Positions 47,303 to 57,611 of a stretch of 64,000 bases of DNA are shown here, piece after piece (position 1 is the first letter of the stretch; every line of letters starts with the position of its first letter). The DNA lies in contig CAVQBK010000003.1 in assembly GCA_963710755.1 (NCBI GenBank), forward strand, positions 512,001 through 576,000, read 5' to 3'. The DNA is from an uncultured bacterium. Lineage in GTDB: Bacteria > Oederibacteriota > JAAXVQ01 > JAUVAV01. The notes below the pieces were generated by a model. It was not told where the DNA came from and made no database searches. It saw only the letters and a program-made list of their open reading frames with translations. The translations under genes were made by a program, and so were the position numbers.

Positions 47303-48145
47303 ATGCGCGATATTAGAATGGATTACATTGCTGCCGAGATTGCAGCGGCTATTCAACAGATCAACTTCAAAGCGAATCCTGAAATAACAACAGCCATAAA
47401 AACAGCCGTGCTGGATGAAGTTTCTCCTTTGGGCAGACAAGCCCTGGAAATACTGCAGGAGAATGCCGAAAAAGCCGAAGCCGGAGTTTTTCCCCTTTGC
47501 CAGGATACAGGGCTCATCGTGGTATTTGCCCAAATCGGCGATGAAGTGCGCATCAGCGGGGGGTTACTTTATGATGCGGTGCAGGAAGGCGTGCGCCAAG
47601 CCACGGACCAGGGACGGCTGCGCAGGTCGGTGACGGTCCATCCCATTACCCGTGGCAACAGCGGGGACAACACACCTGCCATTGTGCATCAGGAAATTGT
47701 CAAAGGTGATAAATTGAAATTGGCTATCATGGCTAAAGGCGGCGGCTGCGAAAATGCCAGTCGCCTGGCCATGCTCCCCCCTTCCGCCAGCCGGCATGGC
47801 GTGGGTGATTTTGTGGTATCCTCCATCCGCGAGACCGGCGCTGCCAGCTGTCCGCCGTTGATCGTGGGCGTGGGGGTGGGTGGTAATTTTGAGACCGCGC
47901 CCTTGTTGGCCAAAAAAGCGCTGCTGCGCCCGATCGGCCAGCCTTCACCTGATCCGGAATTGGCCAAGATGGAGGAAGTCTTTTTAAAACGGATCAATGA
48001 GTTGGGCATTGGACCTCAGGGCTGGGGCGGCTCCACTACCGCACTTTCGGTGGCCATTGAAGCCGCGCCCTGTCACATCGCATCCTTGCCGGTGGCCGTC
48101 AATGTGGAGTGTCACAGTCATCGTTTGGCGGAGGTGGAATTATGA
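47303..48145 (+). CDS. Fe-S fumarate hydratase / tartrate dehydratase alpha subunit
   Basis: PLCQDTG, KGGGCEN, CPP, PCHIASLPVAVN..CH motifs. Confidence 0.92.
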   Translation: MRDIRMDYIAAEIAAAIQQINFKANPEITTAIKTAVLDEVSPLGRQALEILQENAEKAEAGVFPLCQDTGLIVVFAQIGDEVRISGGLLYDAVQEGVRQATDQGRLRRSVTVHPITRGNSGDNTPAIVHQEIVKGDKLKLAIMAKGGGCENASRLAMLPPSASRHGVGDFVVSSIRETGAASCPPLIVGVGVGGNFETAPLLAKKALLRPIGQPSPDPELAKMEEVFLKRINELGIGPQGWGGSTTALSVAIEAAPCHIASLPVAVNVECHSHRLAEVEL

Positions 48146-48705
48146 GTCACATTAACCTGCAATTACCGTTGGATAAAAATATTTTGCATGAACTGAAAGT
48201 GGGACAATGGATATACCTCAGCGGCTCCCTGGTAACAGCCCGTGATGCCGCGCTGCGCAAAATCAATGATTTTATCGCCGAGACCAAGAAACCGCCGGTG
48301 GATTTTGCAGGACAATTGCTTTATTTTGTCGGCCCGACACCGCCGGCAGCAGGTGAAGCCATCGGTTCCGCCGGGCCTACTACCAGCAATCGCATGGAAT
48401 CATTCATGCCCGCGCTGTTGGAATCAGGGGTAGTCGGCTTCATGGGTAAAGGTCCTTTAAGCAGTGGAGCCGTGGCCGAAGTGCAGCGCCATGGTGCGCT
48501 TTATCTGGCGGCTGTTGGTGGTGCCGGAGCCTATTATGGCTCCAAGATCAAAGGTGCTGCCCTGTTGGCTTTTGAAGAGCTGGGACCGGAAGCGATCTAT
48601 AGTCTGCATGTGGAAAATTTCCCCGCAGTGGTGGCTTTGGATTTGCATGGTGGTAATCTCTTTGAAGAAGGCCCCAAAGCCTACGTCAAACATGAAGAGG
48701 CCTAG
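48142..48705 (+). CDS. Fe-S fumarate hydratase beta subunit
   Basis: TARDAA, GPTTSNRM, GKG, ELGPEAI; ATGA coupling with the alpha subunit. Confidence 0.92.
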   Translation: MSHINLQLPLDKNILHELKVGQWIYLSGSLVTARDAALRKINDFIAETKKPPVDFAGQLLYFVGPTPPAAGEAIGSAGPTTSNRMESFMPALLESGVVGFMGKGPLSSGAVAEVQRHGALYLAAVGGAGAYYGSKIKGAALLAFEELGPEAIYSLHVENFPAVVALDLHGGNLFEEGPKAYVKHEEA

Positions 48706-48929
48706 AGCAGGAACGATTAGATTTTGCATAAGTAAGCTCAACGTTTTTTGCGACGATAGCCTTGCTTATCGCCGACGCCTTGTAATTTAAGGGTCTAATC
48801 CGTATCCTGAATATAGGCACAACCCATTGTGGCCTGCGACGAGAAACAGTGCCGGCCACCGCGTTCACAGCCACTGTTCCCTGATGCCCAAAGCACAGAA
48901 ATAAAACCCATCATGATTGAGGTGATATT

Positions 48930-50918
48930 GTGAATAAAAAAATTAGCTTAAAAAAATCAGCCAAGCCTGCAACTGCCAAAGGCCGTGCACGGAATGCCGC
49001 TGAAAAAATACTTGGCCGTCATTTGGTGGCAGGCGAGCTCACGCCCGGCGCTACTTTGGCCATCAAAATTGATCAGACCTTGACCCAGGACGCGACAGGG
49101 ACCATGGCTTGGCTTCAGTTTGAAGCCCTGGGCTTGAAGAAAGTAAGGACAGAGTTGTCCTTGTCCTACGTGGACCATAATACCCTGCAAACGGGATTTG
49201 AAAATGCTGATGATCATGCCTTTCTGCAAACCACGGCCAACAAATTCGGCGCCATTTTTTCCAAGCCCGGCAATGGCATATGCCATCAAGTGCATTTGGA
49301 AAAATTCGGCAAACCCGGTAAAACCCTGCTGGGTTCTGATTCCCACACCCCCACAGGCGGCGGATTGGGCATGATCGCCATCGGCGCCGGCGGTCTGGAT
49401 GTGGCGGCAGCCATGGGAGGCGCGCCCTTTTATCTGACTTGTCCGGAGGTCATCAATATTCATCTGACCGGCCGGCTTTCCCGGCAAGTCTCCGCCAAGG
49501 ATGTAATCCTGGAAGTACTGCGTCGTCTTTCCGTGAAAGGCGGGGTGGGCAAAATTCTGGAATACACCGGGCCGGGAGTTAAAACCCTGTCCGTGCCGGA
49601 GCGTGCCACCATTACCAATATGGGCGCTGAAACGGGTGCCACCACTAGCCTGTTTCCGGCTGATGAAGTGACCAAGGCTTTTTTAATTTATCAGGGCCGG
49701 GGACGTGACTTTACCGCTATTACGCCTGACAAAGGTGCGGTTTATTCTGGCGGGACGATTGAGATTGACCTTTCCGCTTTGGAACCCTTGGCAGCCTGCC
49801 CGCATTCACCGGATGCGGTTAAACCCGTGAGAACGCTCAAAGGTCTCAAGCCGCAGCAGGTGGTGATCGGGTCATGCACCAATTCCTCTCTGGCCGATCT
49901 GGTGACCGTGGCCGGCATCGTGGCCGGCCGGCAGGTACACCCCAATGTCTCTCTGGTCATTACCCCCGGTTCCCAGCAAGTACTCAATGCCATGGCCAAC
50001 AACGGCGCCTTGGCGGCCTTGATCGCCGCCGGTGCCCGGGTGCAGGAACCGGCCTGCGGTGCCTGTATCGGCATGGGTCAGGCGCCGGCATCGGGTGCGG
50101 TGACACTGAGAACCTTTAACCGCAATTTTAAAGGTCGCTCAGGCACCAAGGATGCTGAAGTTTATTTGGTATCGCCGCAAACCGCTGCGGCCGCGGCTTT
50201 GGCGGGTCAGGTGGTTGATCCTCGAACCATTACCAATATTAAAAAATTGGCGATGCCCAAGAAAGCCGAAGTTCATTCCAGTCTGGTAATCCTGCCCAAG
50301 AAAGGCGCTACCGACAAGTTGGCCATTGTGCGCGGGCCCAACATCAAACCATTACCTGTTTTCAATCCTTTGCCGGCGGAAGATAAGGGCGTGGTGCTGG
50401 CCAAATGGGGTGACCATATTACCACCGATGACATTATGCCCGCCGGGGCCAAGGTACTGCCCTTGCGGTCCAACATTCCTGCTATTGCCCAATATGTATT
50501 TTCCGGACTGGATCACAGCTTTGCCGACAGAGCCAAAGCCGCGCAGGGCGGATACATCATCGGCGGGGAAAATTATGGACAAGGTTCGTCCCGGGAACAT
50601 GCTGCCCTGGCACCGCGTTATCTGGGCATACGAGTGGTGATCGCCAAGTCCTTTGCCCGCATTCACGGCGCCAACCTTATCAACTTTGGTATCCTGCCTT
50701 TAACCTTTGCCAACAGCAACGACTATAATCTGATTAAAGACGGCGACGAGCTTTTTCTGCCGGAGTTGAAAAAACGCATCAAAAAAGGGGAGCCCTTGAA
50801 GGTGCACAATCTTTCCTCAGGCCATGAGATCGACGTCACCTATCAATGGTCAGCCATGGAAAAAGAAATTATCCTGGCCGGCGGAAAATTAAATTATTTA
50901 AAAGTTTTGCTTAAGTAA
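48930..50918 (+). CDS. Aconitate hydratase (~650-aa putative aconitase type)
   Basis: TQDATGT, GSDSHT, IGSCTN, CGACIG, NRNFKGR, GSSREHAAL motifs. Confidence 0.92.
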   Translation: MNKKISLKKSAKPATAKGRARNAAEKILGRHLVAGELTPGATLAIKIDQTLTQDATGTMAWLQFEALGLKKVRTELSLSYVDHNTLQTGFENADDHAFLQTTANKFGAIFSKPGNGICHQVHLEKFGKPGKTLLGSDSHTPTGGGLGMIAIGAGGLDVAAAMGGAPFYLTCPEVINIHLTGRLSRQVSAKDVILEVLRRLSVKGGVGKILEYTGPGVKTLSVPERATITNMGAETGATTSLFPADEVTKAFLIYQGRGRDFTAITPDKGAVYSGGTIEIDLSALEPLAACPHSPDAVKPVRTLKGLKPQQVVIGSCTNSSLADLVTVAGIVAGRQVHPNVSLVITPGSQQVLNAMANNGALAALIAAGARVQEPACGACIGMGQAPASGAVTLRTFNRNFKGRSGTKDAEVYLVSPQTAAAAALAGQVVDPRTITNIKKLAMPKKAEVHSSLVILPKKGATDKLAIVRGPNIKPLPVFNPLPAEDKGVVLAKWGDHITTDDIMPAGAKVLPLRSNIPAIAQYVFSGLDHSFADRAKAAQGGYIIGGENYGQGSSREHAALAPRYLGIRVVIAKSFARIHGANLINFGILPLTFANSNDYNLIKDGDELFLPELKKRIKKGEPLKVHNLSSGHEIDVTYQWSAMEKEIILAGGKLNYLKVLLK

Positions 50919-51077
50919 CCACAACAAGACGGTCCGTAAGGAAGGAAGCAGAGGCAAAATTATTTTACCCCGCGCCTATACTTACAATCGTCCTGTTGAT
51001 TAAGGACGTTAATTACTGGAAGACGGGATACCCACTGGGCATCAGCGCACAAAAAGAAAAAATCATAGGAGGATATT

Positions 51078-51653
51078 ATGCGCGTACGTTATCTTTTTAC
51101 TCTGGCGGTACTACTTTTCGTTTGGAGCGGCTGTTCCAGCACACCGGTAACCCAGTCTTCATCGGAGACAGCAGGTGATCAGGCCGCGGCCACGCCAACA
51201 GCGACAGAACCAACGCCTACCCCGCAGGCCTATCATGAAGCGGTTATTGAAACCAACAAAGGTACGATTGTCTTTAAATTTTTTCCCGAAGTTGCTCCCA
51301 AGACAGTGGAAAATTTTGTTGCGTTGGCCAACAAAAAATTTTATGACGGTTTAACCTGGCATCGCGTGGAACCGGGTTTTGTCATTCAGGGCGGTGACCC
51401 CAACGGCAATGGCACCGGAGGACCGGGGTACACCATTAAAGCAGAATTCAATGACAAGCCACATCTCAAGGGCACGGTGGCTATGGCGCGCGCCCAGGAT
51501 CCGGATTCCGCGGGCAGCCAATTTTATATTTGCCTGGCCCCGGCGCCTTTTCTAGATCACAAGTATACGGTTTTTGGTCAGGTGACGGAAGGCATGGGTG
51601 TGGTGGAGGCCATCCGGGTGGGAGACCGCATGCTGCATGTGGACGTTCGTTAA
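51078..51653 (+). CDS. Cyclophilin-type peptidyl-prolyl isomerase, lipoprotein
   Basis: Lipobox WSGC, T/P linker, [27 protein letters not shown]. Confidence 0.93.
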   Translation: MRVRYLFTLAVLLFVWSGCSSTPVTQSSSETAGDQAAATPTATEPTPTPQAYHEAVIETNKGTIVFKFFPEVAPKTVENFVALANKKFYDGLTWHRVEPGFVIQGGDPNGNGTGGPGYTIKAEFNDKPHLKGTVAMARAQDPDSAGSQFYICLAPAPFLDHKYTVFGQVTEGMGVVEAIRVGDRMLHVDVR

Positions 51654-51725
51654 TGGCAAGTTATATAACCGCACAGGTTGTTCATCAGGCCTGCAGCTTG
51701 CAGGCAACAACAGGAGATCCTACTC

Positions 51726-52169
51726 ATGAGTGAAGATAGTAATCGCTACCAGCTTGCGGTAATCGAAACCAATAAGGGCATCATCCAATTTAAGTTTTTT
51801 AAAGACGATGCTCCACAAACCGTGGCCAACTTCATCAAATTGGTGGAAGAACATTTCTACGAGCATCTGACCTGGCATCGGGTAGTACCGGGTTTTGTCA
51901 TTCAGGGGGGCTGTCCCCAAGGCGACGGCACCGGGGGGCCCGGCTACACCATCAAGGCGGAGTTTAATGCGCGCCCCCATCTAAGCGGCACAGTAGCTAT
52001 GGCGCGTGCTTTTGATCCTGACAGTGCGGGCAGTCAATTTTATATTTGTTTAAATCCGCAACCCAGTTTGGACGGCAAGTATACGGTTTTCGGGCAAGTA
52101 ACCGAAGGCATGGATGTGGTGCAAGCCATCACTGTTGGTGATGAGATAAAAAAAATCACGGTACAATGA
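51726..52169 (+). CDS. Cyclophilin-type peptidyl-prolyl isomerase, cytoplasmic
   Basis: [25 protein letters not shown]; AGGAG SD before ATG 51726. Confidence 0.93.
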   Translation: MSEDSNRYQLAVIETNKGIIQFKFFKDDAPQTVANFIKLVEEHFYEHLTWHRVVPGFVIQGGCPQGDGTGGPGYTIKAEFNARPHLSGTVAMARAFDPDSAGSQFYICLNPQPSLDGKYTVFGQVTEGMDVVQAITVGDEIKKITVQ

Positions 52170-52324
52170 AAAAAATTTTAAGTAAGAAGAGATTACATCG
52201 ATACTAACGCTAACAATAAAATATTTTATACATTAAAAAAAAGTTCGTTCCAAAGTGAAAGTGTGTTATAAAAAAACAAAGGTGCTTTCAAAACTATTTC
52301 AACAAATCTCAAGGAGGACATGAA

Positions 52325-52492
52325 ATGGCAGTAAAAAAAGCGGCAAAAAAAGTAGCAAAGAAACCTGTTAAGAAGGCTGTTAAGAAAGTAGCAAAGAAAG
52401 CAGCTAAGAAGGCAGTGAAAAAGGTTGCGAAAAAAGCTGTGAAGAAGACTGCTAAGAAAGCCACCGCAAAAAAAGTAGCAAAAAAGAAATAG
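52325..52492 (+). CDS. 55-aa Lys/Ala/Val-rich histone H1-like protein (not in ORF track)
   Basis: MAVKKAAKKVAKKPVKKAVKK...VAKKK; AAGGAGG SD 6-7 nt upstream; own terminator. Confidence 0.85.
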   Translation: MAVKKAAKKVAKKPVKKAVKKVAKKAAKKAVKKVAKKAVKKTAKKATAKKVAKKK

Positions 52493-52519
52493 CATTAAAC
52501 GCATCGCTAGATGCAGTTA

Positions 52520-52560
52520 ATAAAAAAAGAGGAGAACCATTGGTTCTCCTCTTTTTTTAT
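52520..52560. terminator. Bidirectional Rho-independent terminator
   Basis: Perfect palindrome ATAAAAAAAGAGGAGAACCA-t-TGGTTCTCCTCTTTTTTTAT. Confidence 0.9.
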
Positions 52561-52877
52561 ATCCTATACGGCCTTACCTCTGCGGCCTTGATCAATAGCA
52601 TTCCTTAACTTTTTGCCTAAGATTTCATGTCTGCAAGACATAGGTTTTTGCACAGCCGAAGGCATCCCATTATAAAAATACCTTAACCGGGCGGGCTTGA
52701 CGTTTTGCGCCTCTACAATTAAAGAAGATCACAAAAAAGGACAACTCCTGTTCCTATTTTTAACTTGGTGACCTTTGCGTCCTTTGTGTGATAAGTCGCA
52801 ATTAAGTCATACTTTGGCCGTTTAAGAAAGAGTTTCCCCGATAGGAGCTGCGAACCAGGCTATCATGACAAGCGGTA

Positions 52878-52906
52878 TTGACAGATGATCACCGGCCTTG
52901 TATGCT
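52878..52906 (+). promoter_or_regulatory. Sigma70 promoter of the pyr operon
   Basis: TTGACA-N17-TATGCT directly upstream of the PyrR site. Confidence 0.75.
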
Positions 52907-52925
52907 GGCGGTAATTGAATCCCTA

Positions 52926-53000
52926 ATCCTTTAAACTGGTTCTGTGAGGCTGGTAAGGATGCATGCCGGGGCACCCCCTGTGGCACTTTCTCCTTTCATC
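52926..53000 (+). promoter_or_regulatory. PyrR-binding loop / attenuator leader
   Basis: ATCCTTTAAactGGTTCTGTGAGGCTggtAAGGAT resembles the CUUUAA...ARUCCNGNGAGGYU binding loop; GC hairpin and pyrimidine run follow. Confidence 0.85.
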
Positions 53001-53085
53001 CGCATACTCCAGTTCAAGGTTAAGGCTTAACAGGACAGCATTTCTTTTTAGTACTTGCACGCCCGAGCATTACAAGGAGGCCGCC

Positions 53086-53628
53086 TTGAAGGCAGACCGT
53101 CAGATAGAACTCATGGATCATGAACATCTCCGCCGTGCGATCACCCGCATTGCCCACGAAATTTGCGAACGTAATCATGGTGTGACCGGCCTGGTTTTAG
53201 TCGGCATTGTCAAACGGGGCGATGATCTGGCCCATCGTCTGGCCGAAGAGATTGAAAAGATCGAAAAGGCTAAGGTGCCGGTGGGGGCGCTGGACATCAC
53301 CTTTCATCGGGACGACGCCCATACCCGTGCCAACATTAAAAAAAGCCAGCAACCGACCGACTTACCGTTCAGTTTAAATGACAAAAAAGTGGTGCTGGTG
53401 GATGATGTGATTTTTACCGGCCGAAGCATACGGGCCGCTATGGATGAACTCAATGATTACGGACGTCCCCAGGCCATCCAATGCGCGGTACTCATTGATC
53501 GCGGTCATCGGGAACTGCCCATCCATCCTGACTTCATAGGCAAGAACATTCCCACTGCCCGCAGTGAAAAAGTTATCGTCATCCTCGATGGCGAAAAAAA
53601 TAATGAGGGCGTCTATCTTGAAAAATAA
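53086..53628 (+). CDS. pyrR: Pyrimidine operon attenuation protein / UPRTase PyrR
   Basis: [35 protein letters not shown]; AAGGAGG SD before TTG 53086. Confidence 0.96.
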   Translation: MKADRQIELMDHEHLRRAITRIAHEICERNHGVTGLVLVGIVKRGDDLAHRLAEEIEKIEKAKVPVGALDITFHRDDAHTRANIKKSQQPTDLPFSLNDKKVVLVDDVIFTGRSIRAAMDELNDYGRPQAIQCAVLIDRGHRELPIHPDFIGKNIPTARSEKVIVILDGEKNNEGVYLEK

Positions 53629-53657
53629 TCACTCGTCTTTCGGAGAGGAGGCCGGCG

Positions 53658-54596
53658 GTGGGACTTGACCGCAAAGATCTGCTGGGGCTGGAGGAACTGT
53701 CCAAGGAAGAAATCTTGGAAATTCTGGACACGGCTGAATCCTTCAAAGAAGTGGTGCAACGGCCCATTAAGAAAGTGCCCTCGCTACGGGGCAAAACGGT
53801 GATTAATTTATTCTTCGAACCGTCCACCCGCACGCGAACGTCATTTGAATTGGCCGCCAAGCGTCTTTCGGCGGATGTGGTCAACTTTACAGCCTCGTCC
53901 TCCAGTTTGAAAAAAGGCGAGAGCCTGCTGGACACGGTAAAAAATATTCAGGCCATGAATGTTCAATCCATTATCATGCGTCATTCCAGTTCCGGGGCCG
54001 TGGCCATGGTGGCCAGGAATGTTGATGCCCATGTGATCAACGCCGGCGACGGCACCCATGAACATCCCACCCAGGGTCTACTCGACATGTTCACCATCCG
54101 GGAACGCAAGGGCGGTCTGGATAATAAAATCATCACGCTGGTGGGCGACATCACTCATTCACGCGTGGCCCGCTCCAATATTCATGGACTTTTAAAATTC
54201 GGCGCCACGGTGCGCGTGGTGGGCCCGGCCACCTTGGTGCCCAAACGGTTTGCCGAGTTGGGCGTGGAGATTCATCACCGTCTGGAAGACGCCTTGGTGG
54301 ATGCCGATGTCATCAATATTCTGCGCATTCAATTGGAACGTCAGGACGGCCAGCTTTTTCCCAGTGCGCGCGAGTATGCCAACCTCTACGGTGTTAATGC
54401 CCGGCGCCTGTCATTGGCCAAACCGGATGTGCTGATCATGCATCCCGGACCCATGAACAGGGGTATTGAAATTTCTCCGCGGGTGGCGGACGGTCCACAT
54501 TCGGTCATCCTCAATCAAGTCACCAACGGGGTGGCGGTACGTATGGCTATTTTGTATTTGCTCTCGGGAGGTGCGGTGGATGAAGCTGCTCATTAA
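53658..54596 (+). CDS. pyrB: Aspartate carbamoyltransferase catalytic subunit
   Basis: [19 protein letters not shown] motifs. Confidence 0.97.
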   Translation: MGLDRKDLLGLEELSKEEILEILDTAESFKEVVQRPIKKVPSLRGKTVINLFFEPSTRTRTSFELAAKRLSADVVNFTASSSSLKKGESLLDTVKNIQAMNVQSIIMRHSSSGAVAMVARNVDAHVINAGDGTHEHPTQGLLDMFTIRERKGGLDNKIITLVGDITHSRVARSNIHGLLKFGATVRVVGPATLVPKRFAELGVEIHHRLEDALVDADVINILRIQLERQDGQLFPSAREYANLYGVNARRLSLAKPDVLIMHPGPMNRGIEISPRVADGPHSVILNQVTNGVAVRMAILYLLSGGAVDEAAH

Positions 54597-55881
54597 AAAC
54601 GGAATCATCATCGATCCCAAACACGGGATTCATCAACCGGGGCAGGTAGGGATTGAAGACGGCCGGGTGGTCAGGGTGACCGGACCGGAAGAAAGTCCGG
54701 TGGATAAGCCGGACCAGGTGATTGATGCCCAAGGCCTGGTGGTGGCGCCCGGGTTGGTGGACATGCATGTTCACCTGCGTGAACCGGGTTATGAATACAA
54801 AGAAACCATTGCTTCCGGTACTCGGGCGGCTGCGGCCGGCGGCATCACCAGTGTGGCCTGTATGCCCAACACCAATCCGCCTATTGATAACCTGGCCATG
54901 GTGGAGTTGATTCTGTCCAAAGCTAAAACCCAAGGCGTGGTTAATGTTTATCCTCTGGCCTCCATTACCAAAGGCCGGGCGGGCAAGGAATTGTCGGAGA
55001 TGGGCGAATTGAAAGCTGCCGGCGTGGTGGCCGTTACGGATGACGGGGATCCAGTGGAATCACCGGCCTTGATGCGCAGCGCCCTGCTTTATGCCAATAT
55101 GCTCGATCTCTTGATCATCAATCATGCGGAAGACAAATCTCTGGCCAAGAAAGGCGTGGCTCATGCCGGCTTTACGGCAACCAAGCTGGGGCTGCCCAGT
55201 GTGCCCCGCTCGGCGATGGAAATAATGATCGCCCGCGATATTATTCTGGCGGAAGAAACCGGCAGCCGCATCCACATCCCCCACGTGTCCACCCAAGGGG
55301 CGGTACGCATGATCCGGGAAGCCAAAGCACGGGGTGTTAAGGTCACAGCAGAAACAGCGCCGCATTACCTCACCCTCACCGATGCCTGTCTGGAAACTTT
55401 TGATACCAACTTCCGGGTTAACCCGCCCATTCCCGAAGCCAGCGATCAGGAAGCCTTACTGGCCGGGGTCTGTGACGGCACCATTGATGTTATTGCCACT
55501 GACCATGCACCTCACTCCCGGCGGGAAAAGGAAATGGAGTTCGATCAAGCCGCACCCGGTATTTGTGGACTTGAGACCAGCTTGTCTTTATGCCTGCATG
55601 CCTTGGTGGCAACAGGCCGCATGAGCCTGCCCGACCTGGTGGCCAGCATGTCCTTTAAACCGGCCGCCATTCTGGGTATTCCCAAAGGCAGCCTTGGTCC
55701 TGGCGATGATGCGGATATAGTTATTTTTGATCCTAAACGCAAGCGGATCATTGACCGCCACCGTTTTATCAGCCAATCGGATAATACGCCTTTTCATGGC
55801 TGGGAAGTGACGGGTGATGTGGCCATGACCTTGGTGGCCGGCAACGTCATTTATCAAAACGATTGGTTTAAATCCGCCTAA
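54580..55881 (+). CDS. pyrC: Dihydroorotase
   Basis: [22 protein letters not shown] motifs. Confidence 0.96.
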   Translation: MKLLIKNGIIIDPKHGIHQPGQVGIEDGRVVRVTGPEESPVDKPDQVIDAQGLVVAPGLVDMHVHLREPGYEYKETIASGTRAAAAGGITSVACMPNTNPPIDNLAMVELILSKAKTQGVVNVYPLASITKGRAGKELSEMGELKAAGVVAVTDDGDPVESPALMRSALLYANMLDLLIINHAEDKSLAKKGVAHAGFTATKLGLPSVPRSAMEIMIARDIILAEETGSRIHIPHVSTQGAVRMIREAKARGVKVTAETAPHYLTLTDACLETFDTNFRVNPPIPEASDQEALLAGVCDGTIDVIATDHAPHSRREKEMEFDQAAPGICGLETSLSLCLHALVATGRMSLPDLVASMSFKPAAILGIPKGSLGPGDDADIVIFDPKRKRIIDRHRFISQSDNTPFHGWEVTGDVAMTLVAGNVIYQNDWFKSA

Positions 55882-55929
55882 TGTCCCTATGAGGACAAGG
55901 ACTTTAACAACCCTAGTTTTAGGAAGCCT

Positions 55930-56688
55930 ATGATAGCTAAACTGATCAAGAAAAAAGAGTTTGGTCTTTATGCTCATCTGGTGCTCGAGGCACCGGGCCT
56001 GGCACGCCGGGCCCGACCCGGCCAGTTCGTGGAAGTTAAAATTACCGGGCCGGGGGCTCCTTTCTGGAGACGTCCTTTTTCCATTTGCCGCAGCCGGGGT
56101 AATACCATTGAGCTGCTCATCAAGCAGGTGGGCCAAGGCAGTGCACTCTTGCGGCAGACCCCGCTACAGGCACCGCTTGATCTCCTGGGTCCCTTGGGTA
56201 ATCATTTTGAACATCAAGGTAAAAGCCCGGCGGTGTTGGTCGGCGGGGGCTTCGGGGTGGCGCCCTTATTGTTTCTGGCGGAGACGCTGCAGGCCAAACG
56301 CATTCCCATGGACATTATGATCGGTGGACGCTGCCAAGAGGATCTGCTGCTGCGCAAGGAACTGGGCTTAACCGGCGCCCGGGTGGCCTGCACTACGGAT
56401 GACGGCAGCTTCGGCCAACAAGGACTGGTGACGCAGCTGCTGGAAGAAAGACTGCAACAGCAAACTAAAAACCTCACAATCTATTGTGCCGGGCCTTGGC
56501 CCATGATGGCCGCTGTAGCCAAGTTGTGTCAGACCTACCGGGTGGCCTGTCAGGTTTCCCTGGAAGAAGTTATGGCCTGTGGCCTGGGGGTTTGCAATGG
56601 GTGCGTGGTGACAGTTCAGAACCGCTACCAGCGAGTTTGCAAAGACGGCCCGATTTTTAAAGGTGAGGATGTGACATGGCAACGTTAA
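55930..56688 (+). CDS. pyrK: Dihydroorotate dehydrogenase electron transfer subunit
   Basis: RRPFS, GGG.GVAP, MACGLGVCNGC...VCKDGP [2Fe-2S] motif. Confidence 0.94.
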   Translation: MIAKLIKKKEFGLYAHLVLEAPGLARRARPGQFVEVKITGPGAPFWRRPFSICRSRGNTIELLIKQVGQGSALLRQTPLQAPLDLLGPLGNHFEHQGKSPAVLVGGGFGVAPLLFLAETLQAKRIPMDIMIGGRCQEDLLLRKELGLTGARVACTTDDGSFGQQGLVTQLLEERLQQQTKNLTIYCAGPWPMMAAVAKLCQTYRVACQVSLEEVMACGLGVCNGCVVTVQNRYQRVCKDGPIFKGEDVTWQR

Positions 56689-57611
56689 AAAAATCTTCCT
56701 CCCTCGATTTATCCATAACCCTGGGACGGCTGAAATTGCGCAATCCCGTGTTGCTGGCTTCAGGTACCTGCGGCTATGGCCTGGAACTGGAACCTTACCT
56801 GGATTTCCGGCAGGTGGGCGGCCTGGTGGCCAAGAGTGTGACCTTGGCGCCGCGGCCGGGCAATAAGATGCCCAGGGTGGTGGAATGCCAGGCAGGTATG
56901 CTCAATGCCATTGGCCTGGCCAATGTGGGGCTGGAAGCTTTTTGCCGGGAAAAAGCGCCGGCCATGAGCCAGCTGCCCTGTGTGGTCTTGGCCAATGTTG
57001 CCGGATCCTCCGAGGAGGAATACCTGAGCGTGGCCAAACGGCTTGATCGTGTGCCCGGCATCAAAGGGGTGGAGCTCAATGTCTCCTGTCCCAATGTGCA
57101 CGCCGGCGGCCTGGAATTTGGCCGCGATCCCAAAGTGCTGGGTCGGCTGGTCAAGCATGTGCGCCGGCAGTTGCGCAAACCTTTGTGGGTGAAACTATCT
57201 CCCAATGTAACGGACATCGTGCCTTTGGCCCGCGCGGCTGAGGAAAACGGCGCTGAAGCGCTCACGGTCATCAACACCCTTATCGGCATGCGCATGGACA
57301 TTGACAAGCAAAAGCCGGTGCTGGCCAACATCACCGGCGGTCTTTCCGGACCGGCCATCAAACCGGTGGCTTTGCATCTGGTCTATAAAGTGGCGGGCGC
57401 TGTATCCATCCCCGTGGTGGGCTGCGGCGGCATTGAAACACCGCAAGATGCCATTGAATTCTTATTGGCCGGCGCCCAAGCCGTACAGGTGGGGACAGGT
57501 ACTTTTCGCGATCCTCAAACTGCGCAAAATCTTCTGCCCGGTCTCAAGGCTTATATGCGGCGTAAAGGCTACACCCGCATCAAACAATTGGTGGGTGCGG
57601 GCAGGCCATGA
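56676..57611 (+). CDS. pyrD: Dihydroorotate dehydrogenase class 1B
   Basis: ASGTCG, MLNAIGL, NVSCPNV, KLSPNV, GGLSGPAIKP motifs. Confidence 0.96.
   Translation: MATLKKSSSLDLSITLGRLKLRNPVLLASGTCGYGLELEPYLDFRQVGGLVAKSVTLAPRPGNKMPRVVECQAGMLNAIGLANVGLEAFCREKAPAMSQLPCVVLANVAGSSEEEYLSVAKRLDRVPGIKGVELNVSCPNVHAGGLEFGRDPKVLGRLVKHVRRQLRKPLWVKLSPNVTDIVPLARAAEENGAEALTVINTLIGMRMDIDKQKPVLANITGGLSGPAIKPVALHLVYKVAGAVSIPVVGCGGIETPQDAIEFLLAGAQAVQVGTGTFRDPQTAQNLLPGLKAYMRRKGYTRIKQLVGAGRP

Noticed and set aside
48790-48900. Hairpin-forming leader upstream of aconitase (AACAGTG...CACTGTT) as a riboswitch
   Set aside because: No recognisable riboswitch consensus; a short stem alone is insufficient
50929-50952. 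CGGTCCGTAAGGAAGGAAGCAG resembling the SRP RNA domain IV motif
   Set aside because: Spacing differs from CAGG-x-GNRA-x-AGCAG and no long enclosing helix is visible; an Infernal search would settle it
52226-52504. 92-aa Phe/Leu/Cys-rich minus-strand ORF
   Set aside because: Reverse complement of the Lys-rich gene, which has the SD and terminator
52963-53085. N-terminal extension of PyrR in the ORF track (similar extensions for fliL, fliR, fliA, PilZ, batE, pyrC, pyrE)
   Set aside because: Overlaps leader or upstream genes; SD-supported downstream starts match family N-termini
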